A stretch of 64,000 nt of DNA, from positions 2,944,001 to 3,008,000 of the forward strand of contig CBDFIJ010000004.1 in the NCBI GenBank assembly GCA_965248055.1. The letters are read 5' to 3'. The translations under genes were made by a program, and so were the position numbers. Shown here in pieces: positions 39,624-49,128 of the stretch. Origin of the DNA: Candidatus Multivoradales bacterium (GTDB taxonomy: Bacteria; Acidobacteriota; Thermoanaerobaculia; Multivoradales; JAHEKO01). Numbering within the stretch: position 1 is the first letter of the stretch; every line of letters begins with the position of its first letter. The notes below the pieces were generated by a model, which saw only the letters and a program-made list of their open reading frames with translations, searched no databases and was not told where the DNA came from.

Positions 39624-39890
39624 TCAATTCGGAAATTCCGGTCCCGAATCACCGAGAACCTTGCCGTCGGGCAACACACGTACTTGGAGCCGAATTTCTT
39701 TTTCCAAGATCAAGGTCGCGGAGGTAGATCGTTCTGGGGGCGAATCCATCTCTAAGGTGCCTTCGATTTTGTAACGGCCACCCAAGCCGCCGAGAAATTG
39801 TTCCCAAACGTCCAGTTTGTAGGTGATCGGCTGCTCGGGCAAGGTGGCTGAATCGGTGAGTAGGCCACTCCCAGAGTACCGCTCTACCAT
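39624..39890 (-). CDS. Small beta-rich hypothetical protein (88 aa)
   Basis: AGGAGG SD before ATG 39890 (MVERYSGSGLL...). Confidence 0.65.
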   Translation of the reverse strand: MVERYSGSGLLTDSATLPEQPITYKLDVWEQFLGGLGGRYKIEGTLEMDSPPERSTSATLILEKEIRLQVRVLPDGKVLGDSGPEFPN

Positions 39891-40003
39891 ACGCCAGCCT
39901 CCTAAGCGTCTTTGCAATCGCACCGATAGAGCCTAGCAGGCTGGGTCACCCGTCAGATTAGCGAGTTAATAAGTAGAGCTTCTATGACGGCAGACGGCTC
40001 TGG

Positions 40004-41032
40004 TCACGGAGAGTGGTCGAACGTTTTCAGCTGAGCCAAGCTTTGATTCGCTAATTGGTCCAGCCAACGACCAAATCCCGGCTCGATACGGCGGAACTGA
40101 CCCTCGAATGCACGCACCAGCTCGGGTCGATTCCGGGTCGCGAGTTCTCTCAGCAGAGCACGAAATTCGCGCTGGGTGTCGCCATCTACTCCATCGAAGA
40201 GATAGCGAACCAGCAGACCAGCTTGCGGATAGAGCAACTCCAGGTCACCGTGCTTGTCGGACCAGTCTCCGAGCAGAGAGCCTAGCGGGGGCCAGCTTTG
40301 AGGTTGTTCGGAGTACTTCAGTAGCGCAGCCATCGGGCCCTCCAACTCGATCCGATGGGTGGTGGTACGCCTGCCGCCGGGGCCATTCTTGTGGCTTACC
40401 GAGGTGCTGGAAGTGGAGGAGATGGTTCCGAGGATGAGATGACCGTTGGCGTCGACGCGGTTGTACGACAGTGAGGTGGCCAAGCCTTCGTCGAGCCAAG
40501 AGGGCAATCGATCCTCAAAGGTGGCTCGGTTCAATAGGTGAACCGTTTCATGAATCACCAGCGAACGAAGATGATCCGGCGAGTGTCCGCTGACGAACGT
40601 CGCAGCCAGTTTCCCAGAGGCATGACCCTCGGCTTGGCGCGGCAGCCCCTGGCCAAATTGACGGCGAAATCGTCGATATTGCTTCTCGTCGGCGAACAAG
40701 ATGAACCAAGAGTCAGGAGGCGTGGATTGCACTCGAACCCGCGCCTGATAGGAATCACGAAGTGCATTCGCGATTGCCTGCAGCTCGCCCCGTGTCTCGG
40801 TCGCTAAGCGGGATTCCGCGAGCAGTTGACCACTCCCGAAGGGATACTCGAAGGGTCGTTGGAGTATGGTTTTGGCGAACTCGACTTGTTGACCAGTGGT
40901 CTCCGTGATTAGGCCGTGGTTGACTCTTGTCGCGTCGTTTTGCGCCGGCAGTTCTGAACAGCCTAGGTACAGGAGACAGGCCAAAACGGTGCGCAGCGAC
41001 GCAGTCGAGCGCTTGGTGACGGTTGCGCTCAT
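40004..41032 (-). CDS. Exported HExxH metallopeptidase (peptidase MA-like / DUF1570-like)
   Basis: VIHETVH...LPSWLDEGLA gluzincin pattern; signal peptide with LGC. Confidence 0.75.
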   Translation of the reverse strand: MSATVTKRSTASLRTVLACLLYLGCSELPAQNDATRVNHGLITETTGQQVEFAKTILQRPFEYPFGSGQLLAESRLATETRGELQAIANALRDSYQARVRVQSTPPDSWFILFADEKQYRRFRRQFGQGLPRQAEGHASGKLAATFVSGHSPDHLRSLVIHETVHLLNRATFEDRLPSWLDEGLATSLSYNRVDANGHLILGTISSTSSTSVSHKNGPGGRRTTTHRIELEGPMAALLKYSEQPQSWPPLGSLLGDWSDKHGDLELLYPQAGLLVRYLFDGVDGDTQREFRALLRELATRNRPELVRAFEGQFRRIEPGFGRWLDQLANQSLAQLKTFDHSP

Positions 41033-42771
41033 GGAGCAGGATTATCAGAAATCCCCGCGGCTTCCCGCTGCTGTTGTCGCAGACGATTTGCGGCCTCGGT
41101 CCACGGAGCGTGGGTCAAGATGTCATCGATTCCGGCAACCGCACTCGCTGCGTTGCCGATTCGCTGGTAGAGGAGGACCTCGGCGAGGCGGCTTTGGGCA
41201 AGCACCTCTAAGCGATCCCTGACGAGACTGATCATGGTGCCGGTGGGAGCGCACTTGAGGTAGGCCGCTCCAGTCTCCAGGTCGTGGAATGACTTCGCTT
41301 TAGCGGCCAGGGTTTCTCTGGCAAGATCGGCTGCGGCCGAGTCGGCTTGTTGGGTGCGTAGTAGTTCCAGCGCACACAAGTCATCGACGGCCTTGACCAA
41401 TACCGCAAGCGCACGTCTGGCGCCAGCGGCTTGCTCGGACTCCGGCTCGGCTTCGATCACCAACAGGTACTGGGCAACCGCCTCGGGTTGACGCTCCAAA
41501 CGAGCATAGCGGTCAGCCAGTTGCAGTCGTGCCGCGGCTCGGTCGTCGAAATCCGGAAAGTTAGCCAGCAGTGCTTCCAGGGTTTCTGTCTGCATCACAC
41601 CAGCTTGGTAGATGTCGAAGAAGTCCTGACGCGCTTCGGCGCTTGATCCTTCAATCTCTTTGACTTCTTGTCTCAGAGTCTCGGGCAGGGTGCTCTCTGG
41701 GTCGTCCTGCAACACTTCCTGAGCGGCGTTCTGGTAGGTGGTGACCAACGCCGTGTAGTTGCGCGATAACGGGTCCTGTTCCATCAGAGCTTCTCTTTTG
41801 GAGTGCAAGCGGGCCAAGAGAATTCCGTCGACCGCCACTCCTTTGGGCCACGCGTTGACCGCAGAATCCTCAAGGAATTTCCTCAGTTCTGGAGTTTCAA
41901 TTTGGTCCACCGCCCCCAGCAATTGGCGTTGGGTTTCCCGGCGCAGTTCGCTGGGGTCTTGGCTGGGCTGAGCCTTGAGCTGGTTGGCTCTGGCCTCGGC
42001 GTTGCGCACCCGCAGATCGTTAAACGGGTGAGTGCGCCAGTAGCCGTAGGTTTGATCTTGGGGGATTGCCGCACCCAATTTGGCCATCATCAGTCTTGCC
42101 CCAGCCGGGTCAAATCCGGCTCCGGCTGCCCAGCGTTGTCCCTCTAGGTCCGATTCATCCTCGAAGCCGCGGCTGTAGTCGCGAACCAGGAGTTCGGTGA
42201 CTGCAGCTCCAGCCATCGCGGTCCCTTGAATCAGGTCGCCTGAGTTGTTGCCACCGTAGATCTCTCCCGGATGACGTTGCTCTGAATCGTTTCGCCCCGC
42301 CGTGGCAGCCACTCCGACCAGTGCCGCCATCGACAGTCCGCTCAAGAGTGCTGCTCTGCGCTGCATTCGAGTACCGTGCTTGAGAGCTACGTGGGCAATT
42401 TCGTGCCCCAGCAGTGCCGCCAACTCATCGTCGGTCAGGTCTAACGCCAGCATCCCGCGGGTAATGAAAATTTGCCCTCCGGGCAGGGCGAAGGCGTTGG
42501 GTTCTGGCATGTCAATCAGGTGAAAGGTCAGCGGATATTCTTGGTATTTCGAAGCCGTTGCAACCAAATAGCCGATGTCTTGAACCCGGCGGTTGGTCTG
42601 GGGATCGTCGATCCGACCAAAACGCTCGAGCGAATGGCTGGCAGCGGCCAGACTCTTCTTAAAGGTCTCGTCGATCTCAGCCGCTGCCGGGCTGGCAGCA
42701 AGCAAGTTGAAAGTGAGCAATAAGGCAAAGACTTGAGATGTAGCTCTGCTCTTATGGGGCAATCCGATCAT
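41029..42771 (-). CDS. M48 family metalloprotease (BepA/YfgC-like) with TPR-like helical C-terminus
   Basis: PNAFALPGG, GHEIAH, YSRGFEDESD and RTHP. Confidence 0.88.
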   Translation of the reverse strand: MIGLPHKSRATSQVFALLLTFNLLAASPAAAEIDETFKKSLAAASHSLERFGRIDDPQTNRRVQDIGYLVATASKYQEYPLTFHLIDMPEPNAFALPGGQIFITRGMLALDLTDDELAALLGHEIAHVALKHGTRMQRRAALLSGLSMAALVGVAATAGRNDSEQRHPGEIYGGNNSGDLIQGTAMAGAAVTELLVRDYSRGFEDESDLEGQRWAAGAGFDPAGARLMMAKLGAAIPQDQTYGYWRTHPFNDLRVRNAEARANQLKAQPSQDPSELRRETQRQLLGAVDQIETPELRKFLEDSAVNAWPKGVAVDGILLARLHSKREALMEQDPLSRNYTALVTTYQNAAQEVLQDDPESTLPETLRQEVKEIEGSSAEARQDFFDIYQAGVMQTETLEALLANFPDFDDRAAARLQLADRYARLERQPEAVAQYLLVIEAEPESEQAAGARRALAVLVKAVDDLCALELLRTQQADSAAADLARETLAAKAKSFHDLETGAAYLKCAPTGTMISLVRDRLEVLAQSRLAEVLLYQRIGNAASAVAGIDDILTHAPWTEAANRLRQQQREAAGISDNPAP

Positions 42772-42852
42772 TCGATCTGAACGTAGCAAGATCGAGGCCC
42801 GGCCACGCTGGGGGGACTGATTGTGGTCCCGAGCGCGTGGTATGTTTTCCAA

Positions 42853-43188
42853 GTGAGTGATTGGCGAATCGAGGTGCCGACTGAATTCCAGTCGATGGCG
42901 GAAGCGCGGTCAGCGCTGGAGCAGGCGTTTATCGTTTCTGAAGTAGCGATCGAGCACAGCTGGGTCGGCGAAGAACTGCACTTGCGGGGTCCTGGCGCGC
43001 ATGGCCAAGTTTCCTGGCAAGCCGGCGCCTTGATCGGCAGGGCGACTTTACGGCCTCCAGCAAGTTTCTTCGCCGCTGTGATTCAGAACGAATTTGAGAA
43101 GGTGCTAAGGCGGGCAGCGGAAGTTAACGCCGAGCTGTCTGACTCGAATACCACCAAGGCAAATATCGACAGTCCCGAACCAGCCTAA
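42853..43188 (+). CDS. Small protein resembling the polyhydroxyalkanoic acid system (PHA_gran_rgn) family
   Basis: EAR..LE, W.GEEL.L.GPG..G and F...I..E..K.L pattern; GTG 6 nt after TATGTT. Confidence 0.55.
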   Translation: MSDWRIEVPTEFQSMAEARSALEQAFIVSEVAIEHSWVGEELHLRGPGAHGQVSWQAGALIGRATLRPPASFFAAVIQNEFEKVLRRAAEVNAELSDSNTTKANIDSPEPA

Positions 43189-43199
43189 GGAAACCGACA

Positions 43200-44630
43200 A
43201 TGACTCCAACCTCAGCAGCCTTTGCCCTTCCCAGCCCGAATACCGCCGGGGCTCAAGAAGAGGTTCAGCGACGCGCGGACAGTGTTTGGACCCATGGTCG
43301 GGCCAAATCGAGACCGGTTGCCGGGCAGACTCAGGAACTCAAGGGGCCACACGGGCGGGTTGCCGTGGTGGCTGGCTGTCGAACGCCATTCGTCAAGGCG
43401 CAGACTTCGTTTCAGGATATGGATGTGGTCGATCTCTCAGGTCTAGTCGCGGCGGAGTTGGTGGCGCGGGTGGGGGTCGACCCGGAGCAGATCGATTTAT
43501 CGATTTTTGGCACCGTGGTGCCCGCCTTGCACGCACCGAATCTGGGTCGGGAAGTAGTCTTTCGTGCCGGATTGCCCGGAACCATTCCTGGCAATGCGGT
43601 CAATTTGGCCTGTGCGTCCTCCAATCGCGCGATCGCCCAGGGTGCAGAGTCGATCTTGACCGGAATGACAGACGTGGTTCTTGCCGGTGGTGCGGAATCT
43701 CTGTCAACCGTACCGATTCAATTCCGCCGCTCAGCAGCTAAGAAACTGATGCGTCTCAACAAGGCGCGAACGCTGGGGCAAAAACTGGGTGTTGTTTCAG
43801 ACTTGCGCCCAGCTGACCTGACTCCGGTTCCTCCGGCGATCGCCGAATACACCACCGGTCTGTCGATGGGCCAGTCGTGCGAGAAGATGGCACGGGAAAA
43901 CGACATCTCACGCCGCGCTCAGGATGAGATCGCCTTGTTATCGCATCAACGCGCGAGTGTGGCGATTAAGGAGGGGCGTTTTGATCCCTATGTAGTACCG
44001 GTGTTCCCCCAACCGAAGTACGCACAGGCGGTGAGTCACGACTCCGGTGTTCGCAGCGACTCGTCGATGGAGGCCCTCGGGGGCCTGCGCCCGGTTTTTG
44101 ACAAGCGCTACGGGTCCTTGACCGCTGGCAATTCGAGTCCGATTACCGATGGCGCGGCGGCGGTGATGTTGATGTCTGAAGACCGAGCCAAGGAACTGGA
44201 GATCGAACCCCTGGGATACATTCGTTCCTATGCTTGGGCGGCGCTCGATCCAACTACCCAGTTACTGCAAGGTCCAGCTTACGCAGCTCCGGTGGCCCTG
44301 GATCGCGCCGGATTGACGCTCGAAGACTTGGACCTGATTGAAATGCACGAAGCGTTTGCGGCGCAGATATTGTCGAACATGAAGGCCTTTGCCTCGCCCA
44401 AATTCGCTCGTGACGAACTGGGCCGCTCTGCGCCCTTGGGTCCGGTGGATTTCGATCGTTTCAATGTCAACGGTGGATCGATTTCGATTGGCCACCCATT
44501 TGGCGCCACTGGCGCCCGGGTAACCATGCAGTTGCTCTACGAACTCCAACGTCGTGATCTCAACTTGGGGCTTCTGACCGTTTGTGCTGCCGGAGGAGTT
44601 GGCTTTGCGATGGTGGTGGAACGGGGCTAA
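43200..44630 (+). CDS. fadI: Acetyl-CoA C-acyltransferase, FadI/TFE-beta type thiolase
   Basis: NLACASS, MHEAFAAQ (HEAF type), GHPFGATG and CAAGG. Confidence 0.85.
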   Translation: MTPTSAAFALPSPNTAGAQEEVQRRADSVWTHGRAKSRPVAGQTQELKGPHGRVAVVAGCRTPFVKAQTSFQDMDVVDLSGLVAAELVARVGVDPEQIDLSIFGTVVPALHAPNLGREVVFRAGLPGTIPGNAVNLACASSNRAIAQGAESILTGMTDVVLAGGAESLSTVPIQFRRSAAKKLMRLNKARTLGQKLGVVSDLRPADLTPVPPAIAEYTTGLSMGQSCEKMARENDISRRAQDEIALLSHQRASVAIKEGRFDPYVVPVFPQPKYAQAVSHDSGVRSDSSMEALGGLRPVFDKRYGSLTAGNSSPITDGAAAVMLMSEDRAKELEIEPLGYIRSYAWAALDPTTQLLQGPAYAAPVALDRAGLTLEDLDLIEMHEAFAAQILSNMKAFASPKFARDELGRSAPLGPVDFDRFNVNGGSISIGHPFGATGARVTMQLLYELQRRDLNLGLLTVCAAGGVGFAMVVERG

Positions 44631-44642
44631 CGACCGCTGTCT

Positions 44643-45560
44643 GTGAAATTGTTTCTCCGTCGTTCCACAGTCCTTAGCAGTACCTTGCTACTGCTGGTCG
44701 GAACTGGATGTTCCCTGCAGAAGCTGGCCAGCGGTGCTCTATCGTCCAGTTTGGCGCAAGGAGCGGCGGTCTTTGCCGCCGACGAAGATCCTGAGTTCGT
44801 TCGGGACGCCTTGCCGTTCGCCCTCAAGACCTACGAAATGTTGCTGCAGGTCACTCCCGATGACCCCGAGCTATTGTTAGCCACTTGTTCCGGGTTTACC
44901 CAGTACGCCAAAGCATTCCTTGAAGAGGACGCGTTCTACGCTGCCGCAAAAGACTACGCCCAAGGAGAGAGGCTCAAGGGCCGGGCGCTGCGGATGTACC
45001 TGCGCGCACGTGGCTACTGCCTGCGAGCCTTAGAGATCCAAACACAGGTCGACCTTAAGGCTTTGACCTCGGACTCGGTCGCTGCTCTGGCAGCCGTTTC
45101 GGCGGATACCGTGCCGACCCTCTATTGGACCGGCGCCGCCTGGGGGTCAGCGATCGGCGTTGGCTTAGACCGCCCCGAATTGGTGGTCGACTTGCCGGTG
45201 GTGCGCGAGATTTTTAGACGCTGTAGCGAGTTGGACCCCGGCTACGATCGAGCGGGAATCGAAGAGGCGCTGATGGCGTTGGAGTCGGTGCCTGAGATTC
45301 TCGGCGGCTCTGTGGAGCGGGCCAAAGTGCATTTTGACAACGTGATTTCCGCGAGTAACGGGACCACCTTGTCGCCCTACGTCGCCTGGGCGGTGTCGGT
45401 GTCGATCCCGAATCAAGATCGCACCGAGTTTACCCAGATGCTGACCTCGGCATTGGCGATCGACGTCCGGCAAAACGCCGCCAGTCGCCTGTCCAACGAA
45501 TTGATGCGCCGACGGGCTCAGTACCTCTTGGACCACCAGGAGGAATACTTCATTGAGTGA
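44643..45560 (+). CDS. TRAP transporter T component (TatT) lipoprotein
   Basis: Lipobox GTGC; DEDPEFVRDALPFALK, LYWTGAAW and GGSVERAK.HF; upstream of dctP. Confidence 0.85.
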   Translation: MKLFLRRSTVLSSTLLLLVGTGCSLQKLASGALSSSLAQGAAVFAADEDPEFVRDALPFALKTYEMLLQVTPDDPELLLATCSGFTQYAKAFLEEDAFYAAAKDYAQGERLKGRALRMYLRARGYCLRALEIQTQVDLKALTSDSVAALAAVSADTVPTLYWTGAAWGSAIGVGLDRPELVVDLPVVREIFRRCSELDPGYDRAGIEEALMALESVPEILGGSVERAKVHFDNVISASNGTTLSPYVAWAVSVSIPNQDRTEFTQMLTSALAIDVRQNAASRLSNELMRRRAQYLLDHQEEYFIE

Positions 45561-45602
45561 GCCGCGTTAACCTTAGGTAGAGTCTTGGGAGGGCGAGGTC
45601 TG

Positions 45603-46622
45603 ATGATGCATCGAATCAAGGTATACCGACGGACAACGGCTGCTCTGGCAGGGTTGTTATTTGCAGCGGTTGGGTCGCTGTCGGCGCAAACCATCAAACT
45701 GGCGACCTTGGCCCCTGATGGCTCCGCCTGGGATCAGGCGTTGAGCGAAATGGGGTCGGAGTGGAAGAGCTCCAGCGGTGGCACGGTGAACTTGCGGATC
45801 TATCCCGGCGGGGTTGCCGGGGACGAATCCGACATCGTGCGCAAGATGCGGATTGGACAGCTCCATGCTGCCGGCCTGTCAGTCGCCGGGCTAGCTGAGA
45901 TCGATGATTCGTTTGAGGCTTTTGGGATTCCTCTCTTTTTTGAGGACTATCAGGAGCTGGTCGCTGTCTTGGACGCCACAGAGGCCTATTTTGCCGCTCG
46001 GTTGGAGGAGCAGGGATTCGTATTCCTCAACTGGACACCGGGTGGTTGGGCGCGACTGTTTTCCTCCAAGAAGGCGAGTAGCTTGGAGGAGATAAAGCGG
46101 CTGAAGCTGTTCGTGGTCGCCGGAGATGACGCTCGGGTGCAGTGGTGGAAATCGAATGGCTTTCGCCCGGTTCCTTTGGCCATGACGGACATTGCCACTG
46201 GACTGCAGACTGGCATGATCGACGCCTTAGCGTCGACTCCGTTGATCGCCCTTAGTTTTCAGTGGTTTCGTCAGACTCCGTTTATGCACGAGATGAAGCT
46301 GGCACCGGTGGTCGGTGCCACGGTGATCTCGAAACTCATGTGGCAGCGGATTCCTGAAGCACAGCGTCGGCAGTTGCTCGACGCCGCTGAAGTTATGGAA
46401 CAGCAGATCTTCGTCGCGGTGCAGGACCAGGACGAACGCGCGGTGGTGGCGATGTCCGAGAGAGGGCTCACGGTGGTTTCCGCTGACGATGAAGGCGCTT
46501 TGGCACAACAAGCCCTGACCTTTGCCGAGTCGATGACAGGATCGATCGTCCCTGAAGCTCCTTTGCAAGTGCTGACCGAGGCGCGGGATGCCTACCGCGC
46601 ACAACTCGGAGACGGGTCCTGA
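45603..46622 (+). CDS. dctP: TRAP substrate-binding protein DctP (TPAT type)
   Basis: IKLATLAPDGSAW, YPGGVAGDE, KMRIGQL and LQTGMID. Confidence 0.9.
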   Translation: MMHRIKVYRRTTAALAGLLFAAVGSLSAQTIKLATLAPDGSAWDQALSEMGSEWKSSSGGTVNLRIYPGGVAGDESDIVRKMRIGQLHAAGLSVAGLAEIDDSFEAFGIPLFFEDYQELVAVLDATEAYFAARLEEQGFVFLNWTPGGWARLFSSKKASSLEEIKRLKLFVVAGDDARVQWWKSNGFRPVPLAMTDIATGLQTGMIDALASTPLIALSFQWFRQTPFMHEMKLAPVVGATVISKLMWQRIPEAQRRQLLDAAEVMEQQIFVAVQDQDERAVVAMSERGLTVVSADDEGALAQQALTFAESMTGSIVPEAPLQVLTEARDAYRAQLGDGS

Positions 46623-48424
46623 CCGCAGCTACACCGCTTAGCTGGCTTCATCGCATTGAAGGACACTTTGCGTCTGCCTGCTTGGCGGCGATGGTGGCGT
46701 TGCCTCTGTTGGAGGCGTCGCTTCGATATCTATTTGAGACCGGAATTCCCGGCGCACTACCGTTCGTCCAGCACTTGAGCTTGTGGGTGGGTTTCTTGGG
46801 AGCGGCGATCGCAGCGCGCAAAGGTCGCTTGCTGCGTTTGGCCACCGGTGAGCTGATCGAGAACCGATTCGGCGGGCGGGCGCGACCTTGGCTGGAGTCA
46901 ATTACTGGGGTGATTGGAGCGGCAGTTTCGGCGCTGCTGGCGCAGGCCAGTTGGGTGATGGTGCAAATCGATCGCGACGCGGGGGGGGAGATCGCTGCCG
47001 GGGTCCCGGTTTGGGTTGGCGAATTGGTGTTGCCGATCGCCTTCGGCCTGATCGCCGTGCGCCTAGCGTGGCGCACCGGCACCATTCCGGGGCGTATTCT
47101 GGGGTTGGTTGCGGTGGTGGGTGGTTTGGCCATAGGACTGCACCCAGAATGGGCTGAAGGAGTGCCGACCTCGCCCGGGCTTTTGATCTTGGTTCTGGCA
47201 GGTCTTTTGGGCGCGCCGATCTTCGTCGTATTGGGTGGCGTTGCCTTGCTCTATTTCCTGGCCGACTTCGTGCCCCCTGCGGCGGTCCCCGCAGAGCTCT
47301 ACCGAATGGCTAGGTCCCCGACCTTGCCGGCGATTCCTTTATTTACTTTGGCGGGATTTCTGCTCTCTGAAGGGAACGCTTCGCAGCGATTGTTGGCGGT
47401 TTTTCGCGCTGCGGTGGGTTGGCTTCCGGGCGGTACCGCTATGGTTTGCGCCCTGCTTTGTGCTTTTTTCACCGCCTTTACCGGCGGCTCGGGGATCACC
47501 ATCTTGGCGTTGGGGGGCCTGTTGTTTGTCGCCCTGAAAGAGGACGGATACCGGGAACAATTTTCGTTAGGACTGCTGACCTCTTCGGGATCTTTGGGGC
47601 TGCTATTTCCACCCGCGCTGCCGGTGATTTTGTACGCGGTGGTTGCTCAAATACCAATTTTTGATCTGTTCCGTGGTGGCCTGATTCCCGGCGTGCTCTT
47701 GGTCGCTATGGTCGCGGGCTGGGGAATCTGGGAAGGAGTTCGACGGAAAATTCCTCGCTCGAAGTTTGGCTGGAAGCCGTTGGCGCAAGCGATCTGGAAA
47801 GCCAAGTGGGAAATGGCGATGCCGGTGGTGGTCGGGGTGGCGATCTTTGGTGGGTTTACCACCACCATTCAAGCTTCGGCGCTCGCCGCCGCCTACGCAT
47901 TGGTCACCCAAGTCTGGGTGCATCGAGACATCAAGACCTTCCAGCGGCTAGTGGAAGTTTTCGAGGAGTGTTTAGTCTTGGTCGGCGGAGTGATCATTAT
48001 TCTTGGGGTTGCTCTGGGCCTGACCAACTACCTAGTTGACGCGCAAGTGCCGGCCAGGCTGCTGGAGTGGGTCTCGACCAATATTGACTCACCGCTGGTT
48101 TTCTTGATCTATCTCAATGTATTTCTGCTCGTCGTCGGGTGTTTGATGGACATCTTTTCCGCCACCGTGGTGGTAGTGCCGTTGATCTTGCCGCTGGGCG
48201 TCGCCTTCGGTATCGATCCGATTCACTTGGGGATCATTTTTATCGCTAATCTCGAATTGGGCTATCTGACGCCGCCGGTGGGGCTCAACCTGTTTCTCGC
48301 GTCATATCGATTCGATCGCCCCTTGCTACAGATATGGCGCTCGGCGTTGGTGCCGCTGGTCTTGCTGGCGATCGGCGTGTTGCTGATTACCTACGTTCCA
48401 TTCCTTACCACCTGGGGTCGTTAG
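46619..48424 (+). CDS. Fused TRAP permease DctQ-DctM (probable CTG start)
   Basis: AIPLFTLAG, FTGGSG, GSLGLLFPP and LGYLTPPVGLNLF; DctQ-like N-terminus LHRIEG... upstream of TTG 46682. Confidence 0.88.
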   Translation: MTAATPLSWLHRIEGHFASACLAAMVALPLLEASLRYLFETGIPGALPFVQHLSLWVGFLGAAIAARKGRLLRLATGELIENRFGGRARPWLESITGVIGAAVSALLAQASWVMVQIDRDAGGEIAAGVPVWVGELVLPIAFGLIAVRLAWRTGTIPGRILGLVAVVGGLAIGLHPEWAEGVPTSPGLLILVLAGLLGAPIFVVLGGVALLYFLADFVPPAAVPAELYRMARSPTLPAIPLFTLAGFLLSEGNASQRLLAVFRAAVGWLPGGTAMVCALLCAFFTAFTGGSGITILALGGLLFVALKEDGYREQFSLGLLTSSGSLGLLFPPALPVILYAVVAQIPIFDLFRGGLIPGVLLVAMVAGWGIWEGVRRKIPRSKFGWKPLAQAIWKAKWEMAMPVVVGVAIFGGFTTTIQASALAAAYALVTQVWVHRDIKTFQRLVEVFEECLVLVGGVIIILGVALGLTNYLVDAQVPARLLEWVSTNIDSPLVFLIYLNVFLLVVGCLMDIFSATVVVVPLILPLGVAFGIDPIHLGIIFIANLELGYLTPPVGLNLFLASYRFDRPLLQIWRSALVPLVLLAIGVLLITYVPFLTTWGR

Positions 48425-48490
48425 TTTGGTGGGGGCCCGCTCATCGGTCGTCCCGGCGGGATATGGTGGGTGGGGGGCCGGGATTTAGCC

Positions 48491-48560
48491 GCAGTGCCAT
48501 CGAAGCAGTGGCATCGAAGCAGCGCCATAGAAGCAATGGCATAGAAGCAGCGCCGTAAAA
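48491..48560. repeat. Five tandem 14-bp repeats
   Basis: GCAGTGCCATCGAA / GCAGTGGCATCGAA / GCAGCGCCATAGAA / GCAATGGCATAGAA / GCAGCGCCGTAAAA. Confidence 0.85.
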
Positions 48561-48580
48561 GAGAGTGGTTTCTTAGAAAA

Positions 48581-48619
48581 GTAGATTCCCGCCCCACCTC
48601 CCGCCTCCGCGGGAATGAC
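48581..48619. repeat. REP-like palindrome, GTAG-headed
   Basis: GTAG-ATTCCCGC...GCGGGAAT-GAC. Confidence 0.65.
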
Positions 48620-48783
48620 GGGAAAAAATATTCGTGCGAATGCACAACGAAAAGAGTAATTGCTGGAGTGGCAGAAATCGCTATGGAGTTATGGGAACGA
48701 CAGATGCGGGAACGAGCCAGGGAGAGCACCAAAGATAGGAAGCGACGTGACCGCGATGCGATAACGGAAAGATGAGCCAGAGG

Positions 48784-49128
48784 TTACCCTCCGCGCTCAA
48801 GGGTCCTGGATTCCCAGCGCTCGGCCTTCAAGCCATGAACCAGTTTGGCGACCACCGCCTCACTATCAAATGGAGCGCAGTGGAATAGGTCGGCGGCAAA
48901 CGCCCCCCGCTCGGGCCAAGTGTGGATCGCCAAGTGGGACTCGGCCAGCGTCGCGACCACGGTGACCCCTTGGGGTGAGAAATGATGCACGCTGAGTTCT
49001 AGAAGATGCCCGCCACAGGCCTCAATCGCAGCCAAGACGGTAGCCTCGACTTGAGCAACATCGTCGAGCACCGAAAACGGCGAACAATCGCCCTCGACCA
49101 ACAGATGAACGCCTAAGTGATCCTTCAT
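48784..49128 (-). CDS. speD: Pyruvoyl-dependent S-adenosylmethionine decarboxylase proenzyme (class 1B)
   Basis: LGVHLL, HHFSPQGVT, LAESHLAIHTWPE and DLFHC; ATGA overlap with the upstream gene. Confidence 0.88.
   Translation of the reverse strand: MKDHLGVHLLVEGDCSPFSVLDDVAQVEATVLAAIEACGGHLLELSVHHFSPQGVTVVATLAESHLAIHTWPERGAFAADLFHCAPFDSEAVVAKLVHGLKAERWESRTLERGG

Noticed and set aside
48491-48560. CRISPR array
   Set aside because: The units are 14 bp and contiguous, with no spacers and no cas genes in the window.
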